Positions 40,721-49,726 of a stretch of 64,000 nucleotides of DNA are shown one piece after another (within the stretch, counting starts at the first letter, position 1; the number at the start of each line of letters is the position of its first letter). The notes below the pieces were generated by a model. The model worked only from the letters and a program-made list of their open reading frames with translations. It had not been told where the DNA came from and ran no database searches. Both the position numbers and the translations under genes were made by a program. This DNA comes from Myxococcota bacterium (GTDB lineage: Bacteria > Myxococcota_A > UBA9160 > UBA4427), in the NCBI GenBank assembly GCA_965250285.1, contig OZ252299.1, positions 4,672,001 through 4,736,000 of the forward strand, in the 5' to 3' direction.

Positions 40721-41302
40721 TCAGTCGAGCTTCATCTGGCTCAGCGTGAGGCTCTCGAGGCGCATCAGCCGCGCCTCGAGCGCCTGGCGCTGGCGCGCGA
40801 TGATCATCACGATGAAGAGCCCGGGCAGCGCGATGGTCAGCCCGGTCTGTGTCGTCACCAGCGCCTCGCTGATGCCACTCGCGACGACACCGGCCGTTTC
40901 GGTGCCACCGCTCGTCGAGATGCCGAAGAAGGTCTGCAGCATGCCGAGCACGGTGCCGAGCAGGCCCATGAGCGGGGCGGCCGCGACGAGCGTGCCCACG
41001 AACTTGGCGCGCCGCTCGATCGAACCGACGAGGGTGAGCTTCACCTCGTCGAAGCGGTTGCGAATGTCCTTCGCCGACTTCACGTCCTGCTGGGTGAACC
41101 GGATCACGGCGGCTGCGCGGCCCTCGGCGTTCTCGGGCGAACGCACCCAATCCCACCAGTGCATCTCTTCAGAGGGCGGCAGGTTGTGGCGGCGCACGTA
41201 CATCACCAGCCCGAAGGCCTGCGTGTACAGCAGCACCGCGAGACCGAACAGCGGGATCATCACCCACCCGCCGCTCAACCAGATGTTCCAGATCTGGCTC
41301 AT
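40721..41302 (-). CDS. exbB: MotA/TolQ/ExbB proton channel
   Basis: APLMGLLGTVLGM and GISEALVTT motifs. Confidence 0.92.
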   Translation of the reverse strand: MSQIWNIWLSGGWVMIPLFGLAVLLYTQAFGLVMYVRRHNLPPSEEMHWWDWVRSPENAEGRAAAVIRFTQQDVKSAKDIRNRFDEVKLTLVGSIERRAKFVGTLVAAAPLMGLLGTVLGMLQTFFGISTSGGTETAGVVASGISEALVTTQTGLTIALPGLFIVMIIARQRQALEARLMRLESLTLSQMKLD

Positions 41303-42774
41303 TGGGCCGACTCGGCTCCGACCGGCTTGCTCTGCTGCTTCTGCCGCAGCGACGACACGCCGTTCACGAAGGCCACCGAGATCTGCTCGAGCAGGCCGAT
41401 CTTGTGGCGGGCCATGCGCGCGAGGGCGCCGTGGAGGATCAGGGTCGGAATCGCAACGACGAGGCCCAGCGCCGTGGTCACCAGGGCCTCGGAGATGCCC
41501 GACGACAGGCTCTTCGCGTCGCCGGTGCCGAAGATCGTGATCAGCTGGAACGTCTTGATCATGCCGATGACCGTACCGAGCAGGCCGAGCAGGGGAGCCG
41601 CGGCAGCCGTGATCGCGAGGAAGGGCAGGAAGCGCTCGAGGGTCGGACGCACGCGCAGAATGCGCTCGAAGAGCATCTCCTCGAGCAGCGCGCGCTTCTC
41701 GGTCGCGTGCTCGGCGCCGATGACCAGCATCTCGCCGGCGACGCCCTTGATCTCGCGCGCCCTCTTGATGGCCCCATCCATCGAGCCCTCGGCGAGCTCG
41801 GTCAGCACGCCGTCGACCTCGTCGGGCGAAGCCACGGGGAAGCCGAGGATGTCGACGAGCTTGAAGCCCGTCAGAACGAGGGCGGCAAAGCCCAAACCAA
41901 TGATGACGTAGCCGACGACGCCGCCGTCTTCGACGTACTGCATCATCGACTTGCGCGCCTTCTCCTGCTTGATCGCCTTGCCGAGGGTCGCGTCGAAGGG
42001 CAGAGAGCCGGCGCCGGTCTCGGTCACGGTCTGCAGGTCGGCGAGCAGACCGGCCGGCAAACCGACGACCACGGGATCGGCGGCGTTCAGCTGGCCCTCG
42101 ACCAGCCCCCGCACCGTGCCGTCATCGCTCGTAAAGAAGATCGTCGGGCCAAGCGCCAGGAAGTGCCCCTCGGTGAGGATGCCCTCGGGCGAGAGCGCGG
42201 CGCCGTCGAAGATCTCGCCGCCGAGCTGACGCTCGACGCGCTTCAGCGCAGCGTCGACCACGGCGACCTGCGATTCCCTTCGCCCCTCGCTCTCGAGGTT
42301 GACGTTCTTCTGCGACAGCTTCGCGGCCGCCGTCAGCTGCTCGTAGCGCGGCAGCTCACTGATGTGGAGCCGGCCTTCGAAGTCACGCACGAACTCGTTG
42401 AGTCGACTGTTGACGAACTCGTCCTGCAGCTCGAGCGACTCGACCTGGCGGCGCAGTGTGTCGAGATCGATGCTGCGCGCGTCACGGGCCTCGAGCAGCT
42501 CGGCGCGCTGTCGCTCGAGCCGAATCACCTGCTCTTCGAGGCGCGCCACCGATCGCGAGAGCGGGACTTTCTCCTCGGCGATCTGCCTTCGCACCGCCGC
42601 GAGCTCGGAGAGTGAAGTCTCGAGCTTCTCGTCGATCTCACCGCTCGCTTTCGAGAACGACTCTGCGAAGACCGGTGAAGCCAGGAGGCTGAAGAGAAGG
42701 GACGCGCCCATGATCAGCAGGGCGCGCGAAGCGCGTTCGGGGGTCGGCATGCGTCTGGGGGTCTCCGACATCAC
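41299..42774 (-). CDS. Long ExbB with periplasmic coiled-coil N-terminus (TtpC-like)
   Basis: Signal peptide, coiled coil, then APLLGLLGTVIGMIKTFQLITIFGTGDAK. Confidence 0.88.
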   Translation of the reverse strand: MMSETPRRMPTPERASRALLIMGASLLFSLLASPVFAESFSKASGEIDEKLETSLSELAAVRRQIAEEKVPLSRSVARLEEQVIRLERQRAELLEARDARSIDLDTLRRQVESLELQDEFVNSRLNEFVRDFEGRLHISELPRYEQLTAAAKLSQKNVNLESEGRRESQVAVVDAALKRVERQLGGEIFDGAALSPEGILTEGHFLALGPTIFFTSDDGTVRGLVEGQLNAADPVVVGLPAGLLADLQTVTETGAGSLPFDATLGKAIKQEKARKSMMQYVEDGGVVGYVIIGLGFAALVLTGFKLVDILGFPVASPDEVDGVLTELAEGSMDGAIKRAREIKGVAGEMLVIGAEHATEKRALLEEMLFERILRVRPTLERFLPFLAITAAAAPLLGLLGTVIGMIKTFQLITIFGTGDAKSLSSGISEALVTTALGLVVAIPTLILHGALARMARHKIGLLEQISVAFVNGVSSLRQKQQSKPVGAESAQ

Positions 42775-43547
42775 AGGCTCTCGTCGGTTTCGATGGGCAG
42801 CGTCACGAACTCGATCGTGTCGACGTTGCCCTCGTAGATGTCGAGCAGCAGCTTCGCTTCTTCAGCCACCGACTCGTCGTTCGAGAAGGTCCAACCGTCG
42901 AGGCCCGGTCGGCCGATGCCGGCGATGCGGCCGGGTGTGTCGACGTAGACCGCCTGGCCGAGACCCCAGTAGAGGGTGCGCACCTGAACCCGCTGGCCGT
43001 CTTCGAGCGGCCGCGTTTCGCCGACGAAGGTCGCGGTCGAGTTGAACTTCTCGGCCTGGGCGAGCACGCCGAGCACGTTCATGAGGCGCTGCCCGAGCTG
43101 CAGCTTCGTCGTCTCCGGATTGTCCGGAATCTGGACGAGCAGCATCTCGAGCTTGTCCTGCAGCGGCAGGGGGAGCTGCGGCGCGAGCGCGAGCACGGCC
43201 TCCTCCATGCCGCGGATGCGATCCTTGAGCACCTGGGCCGAACGCTGGTACTCGGCCCGACTCAGCAGCAGCTCACGGCGATCGTCGTCTGCGACGGTCG
43301 ACGTGGCATCGAGCTCGGCGATATCCGACTCGAGCGCTGCCTTGCGCTGCTTCAGCAACCGTTGGGTCGCGCGCAGTGTCTCACGATCGGCTTCCCAGTC
43401 GGTCCGCTCCTCGGAGATGATCTGGCGGGTCTCGACCCACTTTTCCATCTTCGAGCGGAAGTCTCCGATCGACTGATCCGCGATCGCGGGCACGGCACAC
43501 GCAGCGAGCAGCGCGAGGCATGTCACGATCTTCACGTTGATACGCAT
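42771..43547 (-). CDS. DUF3450 (TtpB-like) periplasmic coiled-coil protein
   Basis: Signal peptide, coiled coil, TLYWGLGQAVY; first gene before the TtpC-like ExbB. Confidence 0.8.
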   Translation of the reverse strand: MRINVKIVTCLALLAACAVPAIADQSIGDFRSKMEKWVETRQIISEERTDWEADRETLRATQRLLKQRKAALESDIAELDATSTVADDDRRELLLSRAEYQRSAQVLKDRIRGMEEAVLALAPQLPLPLQDKLEMLLVQIPDNPETTKLQLGQRLMNVLGVLAQAEKFNSTATFVGETRPLEDGQRVQVRTLYWGLGQAVYVDTPGRIAGIGRPGLDGWTFSNDESVAEEAKLLLDIYEGNVDTIEFVTLPIETDESL

Positions 43548-43826
43548 GATGTTCTTCCGATCTCGGATTGAGTCCGTGGCGGCGGGCGCCGCAGATCGAT
43601 TGGCCACACAGGGCCCGCCACGATGCCGGGATCGCGCGCGCGCTCGTCCGGCGCCGCAGACAGTGGCAAAGCGCCCTGTCGCACTCAGCGACGAGCAGGT
43701 GAAGTTTGGCTTCACCGATTCGTCACCGAATCCGGCCGGTATGGCGACCGTCGTCAGGTCTCGCCAAGTGTGCCGGAACGGGGTCGAAATCGACGCAACA
43801 GCCCGATCGGACTGCTCTTTCTGCGC

Positions 43827-44006
43827 CTAGCGCCCGCGCCTGAGCGGCCGCACGTTCGACCCGGGATCGTGCGAATCATCCAAAAAGAGGTCGCGAACGT
43901 GACGATCGAGACAATCCCCACACATGCCGAATTGCACACGGTCCGGGATGCGCTCGGCGAGCTCGGCGGCACTGCCGGGATCACACCAGCAGCACACGTG
44001 GAGCAT
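43827..44006 (-). CDS. Small Cys-rich (CCWC...GMCGDC) protein
   Basis: 59 aa from ATG 44006, with paired Cys motifs. Confidence 0.5.
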   Translation of the reverse strand: MLHVCCWCDPGSAAELAERIPDRVQFGMCGDCLDRHVRDLFLDDSHDPGSNVRPLRRGR

Positions 44007-44114
44007 CTCGTTGGCGTTGGACGAAGTGGGAACGCGGCGTGCGGGAGATCGACTCAAACGGGCTTCTCGGGATAGGCCGGGGGGGTGGCCGGGGCGTTGC
44101 AATCTCGCGGGCAG

Positions 44115-44158
44115 ATCGGGAGACGAAACCCCGATGCGGAGGGGCTTCGTCTCCCGAT
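44115..44158. other. Strong inverted repeat (18-bp stem, one mismatch)
   Basis: atcgggagacgaaacccc / ggggcttcgtctcccgat. Confidence 0.7.
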
Positions 44159-44444
44159 ACCCGTGCCTTCTCCGGAGCCCGCCGCCACGAAACGGTGAGC
44201 GAACACGGGGCGAGACGCGAGAGCTTCAGTGCCGGGCCAGGGGGAGCGGGCCGCGCCTCGACTGCATCTTTACAGCACCCGCTGCAGCGCCAAGTGACGC
44301 TCCCGCGACGTTTCTGCACAGTGCGGCGCAACGTCGCCAGCGCCCGCACGAAGCAGACCAGGCTTCGGAACGATGCGTGCGCGGCCCCCGGGCTTCGCCC
44401 GGCGCCGGCCGCGTGTCGGGCAGCTGGGGATCGGGCGATTCGAG

Positions 44445-45011
44445 TCAGGCGTCGTCGATCGGGAGATCGCCGCGCGTGAACAGGGGTTCGAGCGTGAGCC
44501 CGCGATCGGCGAACGCCTGGGCCGCACCTTCCCCGCGATCGACCAGGCAGATCACGCGCGCGACCTTGCCGCCCGCCGCTTCGACGAGATCGACGGCGTC
44601 GAGGGTCGAGCCGCCCGTCGTCGTGGTGTCTTCGACGAGGGCCACCGACTGGCCCTCGACGAAACCCCCTTCGATCTGGCGACCGAGCCCGTGGCCCTTC
44701 GGCTGCTTGCGGACGAAGAAGCCGAGCAGGCCTTCGGCGCGCTCATCCCGCGCCGCGGCCCCGAGTACGGCCGAGACGAGGGGGACGGCCCCGACCGCCA
44801 TCCCGCCCACCGAATCGACCGGCGAGCCCGACTGCAGCTTTTCGAGCACCAGCTCCCCCGCGAGCCTGACACCGAGCGGCCGCATCAGCGTCTGACGCAG
44901 GTCGAGGTAGAAGTTGCTCTTGCGACCGCTCGCCAGCGTCACCTCCTTCTTCTCGAAGGAGACGTCGAGGATCAGGTCGAGGAGCGCGCGTCGGGGGTCG
45001 GTGTCGGTCAA
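44445..45011 (-). CDS. pyrE: Orotate phosphoribosyltransferase
   Basis: LASGRKSNFYLD, RKQPKGHG and VEDTTTTGGS motifs. Confidence 0.95.
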   Translation of the reverse strand: MTDTDPRRALLDLILDVSFEKKEVTLASGRKSNFYLDLRQTLMRPLGVRLAGELVLEKLQSGSPVDSVGGMAVGAVPLVSAVLGAAARDERAEGLLGFFVRKQPKGHGLGRQIEGGFVEGQSVALVEDTTTTGGSTLDAVDLVEAAGGKVARVICLVDRGEGAAQAFADRGLTLEPLFTRGDLPIDDA

Positions 45012-45054
45012 AGGGGCGGGGCTCCTCGTGAGTGGGTGAGCTGGGCCGCAGCTT

Positions 45055-45160
45055 CTACTGCTTGCGAATGCCGAGCGCGAACTCGGGCGCGGTTCGAAAC
45101 GTCGCTCGAGGCACCGCGGTCTCGGTCCTCACTGCTTGCGTATGCCGAGCGCGAACTCGG
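45055..45160 (-). repeat. 32-bp duplicate of the acyl-CoA dehydrogenase 3' end, 74 bp apart
   Basis: 45055-45086 versus 45129-45160. Confidence 0.9.
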
Positions 45161-46307
45161 CGATCATCTTCTGGTGGAGCTCGCTCGTCCCTTCACCGAA
45201 CTCCATCGCCTTGGCCTCCATGAGCAGCCGGCCGATCTCGTACTCCTCGGTGCACGAGTAGCCCCCGAAGACCTGCATGCCGTCGAGCGCGTTCTGCACC
45301 GCCGCTTGACTCGCGCAGAGCTTCGCGAGGCTCGCTTCGAGGCTGGCACGCGGCACGCCGGCGTCCTTCATGCGGCCCAGGCGATAGACGAGCAGCCGCG
45401 CCTGCTCGGTGCGCATCACCATCGCCGCGATCTTCTGCTGGATCATCTGGAACTCGCCGATCTTCTGACCGAAGGCCGTGCGGTCCATCGCGTACGGCAC
45501 CGCGAGGTCGACACAGCGCTGTGCCTGGCCCACCTGCCGTGCCGCGACCGAGAAGCGGCCGGTGTCGAGCGCCGAGCCGAGCACGGGGAACCCCTTGCCG
45601 GCCTCGCCGAGCACCGCCTCTTCGGGCACGAAGGCATCTTCGAAGTAGACCTCGGCGAGATTGTCGCGCTTGAGCGTGCGCATCGGGAAGTCGCCCAGGC
45701 GGATCCCCTCGGTCGCCTTCGGGTCGATCAGGAACGCGGTCACGCCCTTGTGCTTCTTTGCGCGATCGGTGGTCGCCACGGTGAAGAAGAGCCCCGCGTG
45801 CTCGGCATGCGAGATGAAGACCTTGGTGCCGTTGAGCCTGTAGCCCCCGTCGACGGGCGTGGCCGTCGTCTGCATGTTCGCCAGGTCGGTGCCGCCGCCC
45901 GGCTCGGTCAGGCAGGCGCTGCAGATCACGTCGCCGCCTGCGATGCCCGGCAGCCAACGCTGCTTCTGCTCTTCGGTACCGAACTTCAGGATCGAACCGG
46001 CGCAGAGGCTGTTCGCCACCGAGATCACCGAAGCCACCACCCAGTCGACGCGCGCGATCTCCTCACAGATCACGCCGTACGTCAGGACGTCGGTGAACGA
46101 ACCGCCGTACTCTTCGGGGATCATCGGACCGAGCAGCCCCATCGCGGGCAGCTTCGCGATCAGCTCGAGGGGGTAGCGCTCTTCGCGCTCGTACATCTCG
46201 ACGTGGGGGAGGATCTCCTTCTCGGCAAACTCCCGCACTGTGGCGCGCACCAGGCGCTGGTCGTCGGTGAGGTCGAAGTCGGCCATCCGGTCGAGCAGTT
46301 CGGACAT
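45129..46307 (-). CDS. Acyl-CoA dehydrogenase
   Basis: CLTEPGGGTD, NGTKVFIS, QVFGGY and EGTSE motifs. Confidence 0.95.
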   Translation of the reverse strand: MSELLDRMADFDLTDDQRLVRATVREFAEKEILPHVEMYEREERYPLELIAKLPAMGLLGPMIPEEYGGSFTDVLTYGVICEEIARVDWVVASVISVANSLCAGSILKFGTEEQKQRWLPGIAGGDVICSACLTEPGGGTDLANMQTTATPVDGGYRLNGTKVFISHAEHAGLFFTVATTDRAKKHKGVTAFLIDPKATEGIRLGDFPMRTLKRDNLAEVYFEDAFVPEEAVLGEAGKGFPVLGSALDTGRFSVAARQVGQAQRCVDLAVPYAMDRTAFGQKIGEFQMIQQKIAAMVMRTEQARLLVYRLGRMKDAGVPRASLEASLAKLCASQAAVQNALDGMQVFGGYSCTEEYEIGRLLMEAKAMEFGEGTSELHQKMIAEFALGIRKQ

Positions 46308-46606
46308 CGCGGGTGTTGCTCCTTCGTGAGTCGCCCGGCCCCAGGCCTAGTTGCCGCATCGCGGATCGAGGTGGGTCGGGGTGGATCGATTGGCGCGGCG
46401 GGGCCAGACCGGGGCGCGGTTCGGGCGGCCGACTCGGCTGCAGGTCGCCCCCGGCACCGGAGTCGCATCGGGCGGGCGGCGGCAGCATGCGGCCAACAAT
46501 CTGAGTAGCCCAGCGACCCTCCTGAGGCGAATCTGGACGCCGTGACGGCCTCCTCAGGTTCAAAATGCGCCCCCAGGGGCACGCGTCGAGGCCTTCTCGC
46601 CGCCCT

Positions 46607-46635
46607 TGGACATCCCCCGGCGCTTCCTCTACTTT
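46607..46635 (+). promoter_or_regulatory. sigma70-type promoter
   Basis: TGGACA-17 nt-TACTTT upstream of the small basic ORF. Confidence 0.6.
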
Positions 46636-46811
46636 CCGCCGCCCTCGGCGTTCTCGATGAAGCCGGCCGAGCCCCCGACCGATCTTCTGCGCGAGCGCAC
46701 TTCGGCCTCCGGGCCGGGTCGAACGCGACTGGCGGGCCCCGCCCCGCCGACCCGAACCGATCAGCCGAACCCGGCGCGCCCGGGCGAACTAGATGAGAAA
46801 GGCGGCCCCCG

Positions 46812-46934
46812 ATGAAGAAGGGCACGAACAATCGCAACCGCACCAAGTCGAGCCGCTACCGCGCGAAGCTCAAGCAGAAGCATCGCCGCGCGCGCAAGCG
46901 CGTGACGCGGGGCGACCGCAAGTTCCACCGCTAG
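46812..46934 (+). CDS. 40-aa highly basic small protein (not in ORF track)
   Basis: MKKGTNNRNRTKSSRYRAKLKQKHRRARKRVTRGDRKFHR; GAAAGG RBS; strong G/C third-position bias. Confidence 0.7.
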   Translation: MKKGTNNRNRTKSSRYRAKLKQKHRRARKRVTRGDRKFHR

Positions 46935-47075
46935 CGCGGGCGGCGAGGCGACCGTGAGCGATTGAAGCACGGCGATCTCGAATTCCACCGCGAGCGATTG
47001 AGGCGCGGCGATCTCGAGCTCCACCGCGAGCGATTGAGGCGCGGCGATCTCGAACTCCACCGCGAGCGCGGGCGA
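46896..47075 (+). repeat. 36-bp repeats x3 resembling the small ORF's 3' end
   Basis: gagcgattga at 46956, 46992 and 47028; ccaccgc(t/g)agcgcgggcg shared with the gene end. Confidence 0.85.
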
Positions 47076-47174
47076 TCCGGCGCTCGCGCGAGCGCGCAGC
47101 AGCAGCCGATTCGATGCGGGGCCCTTCGAACGAGGGGCCCCGTTCTCTTTCTGGGGATCGAGTGTCGTGGGGAT

Positions 47175-48131
47175 CTAGCGTGCGACGGCTTCGCCGAGCT
47201 CGCTGGTCGCGACGTCGAGGGCCCGATCGATCGCGGCCTCCCACGCCTGCGCCGTCGAGGCCTGGGCCGTGCCTTCGGCGAACGCGATGCCGCGCGACGA
47301 GTTGACGAGCCCGCCCTCGCGCCCTGACGGCCCGGGCACGAAGCCGCGCACGGCATCCTCCGCGGCGCCACCCTGGCTGCCATAGCCCGGCACCAGGAAG
47401 AGCGATCGCGGGAGCAGCGCGCGCACCTGATCGTGCTGCTCGGGATAGGTGGCGCCAACCACGACGCCCAGGTTGCTCCAACCCGACACGACGCCGGTCA
47501 TGCGATCGGCGAGCGGAGCGAGGCCGCGCGCGACCGCTTCGAAGACGCGCTCTTCGCCGTCGGCATCGCCGAGCACGCGATCCTGCAGATCGCCCGAGCC
47601 GGGGTTGCTCGTCTTCACCAGCACGAAGAGCCCGCGGCCCGCGGGCTCGGCGACCTTGGCGAAGGCTTCGATGGTGTCGAAGCCGAGATAGGGATTCACG
47701 GTGAGGGCATCGACCGGGCACGGGGCGTCGGCGGCGATCGTCGCCTGCGCGTAGCCGGCTGCCGTCGAACCGATGTCGCCCCGCTTCGCGTCGAGCAGAA
47801 TGAGCAGCCCCCGCTCGCGCGCCCGGGCCACGACCTGTTCGAGCACCCGGACGCCACGCGCGCCGAGCTGCTCGAAGAAGGCGCTCTGGGGCTTCACGAC
47901 GGCGGCGCGACCCTCGAGTCGATCGACGAAGGCCGTGCAGAAGCGTTCGACGACGTCGGCGGTCTGCGGGTCGCCCGCGCGCAACGCGCCGCCGCCGAAG
48001 AGCTTCGGGATCAGCGCGAGGTGCGGATCGATGCCGACGCAGAGCGGATGCCCGAGCGCACGCACGCGTTCGATGACGGCGTCGGCGAAGGCGCCGGGCG
48101 ATGCAGGGCTGGCTTCGTGCGCGTCGGCCAT
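47175..48131 (-). CDS. pyrF: Orotidine-5'-phosphate decarboxylase
   Basis: LCVGIDP, DAKRGDIGST and LVPGYGSQGG motifs. Confidence 0.95.
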   Translation of the reverse strand: MADAHEASPASPGAFADAVIERVRALGHPLCVGIDPHLALIPKLFGGGALRAGDPQTADVVERFCTAFVDRLEGRAAVVKPQSAFFEQLGARGVRVLEQVVARARERGLLILLDAKRGDIGSTAAGYAQATIAADAPCPVDALTVNPYLGFDTIEAFAKVAEPAGRGLFVLVKTSNPGSGDLQDRVLGDADGEERVFEAVARGLAPLADRMTGVVSGWSNLGVVVGATYPEQHDQVRALLPRSLFLVPGYGSQGGAAEDAVRGFVPGPSGREGGLVNSSRGIAFAEGTAQASTAQAWEAAIDRALDVATSELGEAVAR

Positions 48132-48260
48132 GGGGTCAACGTAGCAGGCCCGCGCGGGGCGCCGGCCCGGGCGAGACGCGCTGCGCGGGCCCGAGCGAGG
48201 TGCGCTGCACGGGGCGGCTGCGCTCGCGGGGCCGCTTGGACGCGCTGCTACCGTCGCTGC

Positions 48261-49598
48261 GTGTCCGACGGCGCCGACCAGATTGCATCGAGTTCGAACG
48301 ACGGCTCCCCCTTCGCGTTTCGCCTCGAGGCGACGAGCGGACAGGCGCGCGCCGGAACGCTCCAGACACCGCACGGTCCGGTCGAGACACCGGTCTTCAT
48401 GCCCGTCGGCACGCACGGTGCGCTCAAGGCAATGACCCCCGACCAGGTCGGCGCGACCGGCGCCCAGGTCGTCCTCGCCAACACCTATCACCTGCACCTG
48501 CGACCGGGCGAGGCGCTCGTCGAGAAGCTCGGCGGCCTGCACGACTTCATGCAGTGGCCCGGCCCGATCCTCACCGACAGCGGCGGGTTTCAGGTGTTCT
48601 CGCTGCCGAAGGTGCGCATCGACGATCGCGGCGCCCGCTTTCGCAACGAAGTGACGGGCGACGAGATGCTGCTCACGCCCGAGCGATCGATCGAGATCCA
48701 GAACACGCTCGGCGCCGACATCATCATGGCCTTCGACGAGTGCACGCCCTACCCGGCGACGCGCGAGCTCGCTTCGACCGGCGTCACGCGTACCCTGCAG
48801 TGGATGGAGCGCTGCATCGCCGCGCACGGCCGCGCCCGAGATCAGGCGCTCTTCGGCATCGTGCAGGGCAGCGTCTACCCCGAGCTGCGTGCCGAGTGCG
48901 CGAAGGCGCTCATCGAGATGAACCTGCCCGGCTACGCGATCGGCGGCGTCTCGGTGGGTGAGGGACACGAGCTGCTCTGCAGCGTGACCGAGCACGCGGC
49001 GCCGCTGCTACCCGAGCACAAGCCCCGCTATCTGATGGGCGTGGGCCTGCCCGAAGATCTGATCGCATGCGTTGGCTTCGGCGTCGACATGTTCGACTGC
49101 GTGATCCCCACCCGCTACGCGCGCAGCGCGACCGTGTTCACGTCGCGTGGCCGCATCCGGCTCACGCATCGCCGCTACCGACGCGACGCATACCCGATCG
49201 ACGTCTCGTGTGACTGCTACGCCTGCGAGGGCGGTCGGTTCACGCGCGCGTATCTGAACCATCTCTTCGCCGCGAACGAGGTGCTGTCGGCGATCCTCTG
49301 CTCGATCCACAACGTGCACTTCTATCAGTCGCTCATGCGCCGGGCGCGCGCCGCGATCCTCGAAGGCGGCTACGCCGATTTCGCCGCCGAGTTCATGGCC
49401 GGCTACGGCAGCGGCGAAGGCGGGCCGGCGCCGGCAGCACCGGCCGATGGCGGCCGGGCGAAGCGCAAGGCCACGCCCCCGAAGTCGCCTCGCCCCACGA
49501 AGAGCGGCGAGCGAACGACGAAGGCCGCGCCGAAGAAGAAGACGGCGCGCAAGAAGAGCCGCGCAGGCTCGCCGCGCGGACGGCGCCGCGGGCGCTGA
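48261..49598 (+). CDS. tgt: tRNA-guanine transglycosylase with basic C-terminal tail
   Basis: TPVFMPVGT, TDSGGFQVFSL and CDCYAC motifs. Confidence 0.96.
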   Translation: MSDGADQIASSSNDGSPFAFRLEATSGQARAGTLQTPHGPVETPVFMPVGTHGALKAMTPDQVGATGAQVVLANTYHLHLRPGEALVEKLGGLHDFMQWPGPILTDSGGFQVFSLPKVRIDDRGARFRNEVTGDEMLLTPERSIEIQNTLGADIIMAFDECTPYPATRELASTGVTRTLQWMERCIAAHGRARDQALFGIVQGSVYPELRAECAKALIEMNLPGYAIGGVSVGEGHELLCSVTEHAAPLLPEHKPRYLMGVGLPEDLIACVGFGVDMFDCVIPTRYARSATVFTSRGRIRLTHRRYRRDAYPIDVSCDCYACEGGRFTRAYLNHLFAANEVLSAILCSIHNVHFYQSLMRRARAAILEGGYADFAAEFMAGYGSGEGGPAPAAPADGGRAKRKATPPKSPRPTKSGERTTKAAPKKKTARKKSRAGSPRGRRRGR

Positions 49599-49726
49599 GA
49601 GAGCCGCGGGCGCTGAGAGAGCCGCGGGCGCTGAGCAAAGCCGCAACCGCTGAGAGAGCCGCGGGCGCTGAGTAGAGCCGCAGCCACTGAGAAAGCCGCA
49701 GGCGTTGAGACAGCCCCGCTCGCTGA
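49585..49726 (+). repeat. 18/19-bp tandem repeat x8 of the tgt terminus, each ending in TGA
   Basis: TGA ends at 49598, 49616, 49634, 49653, 49671, 49690, 49708 and 49726. Confidence 0.9.
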
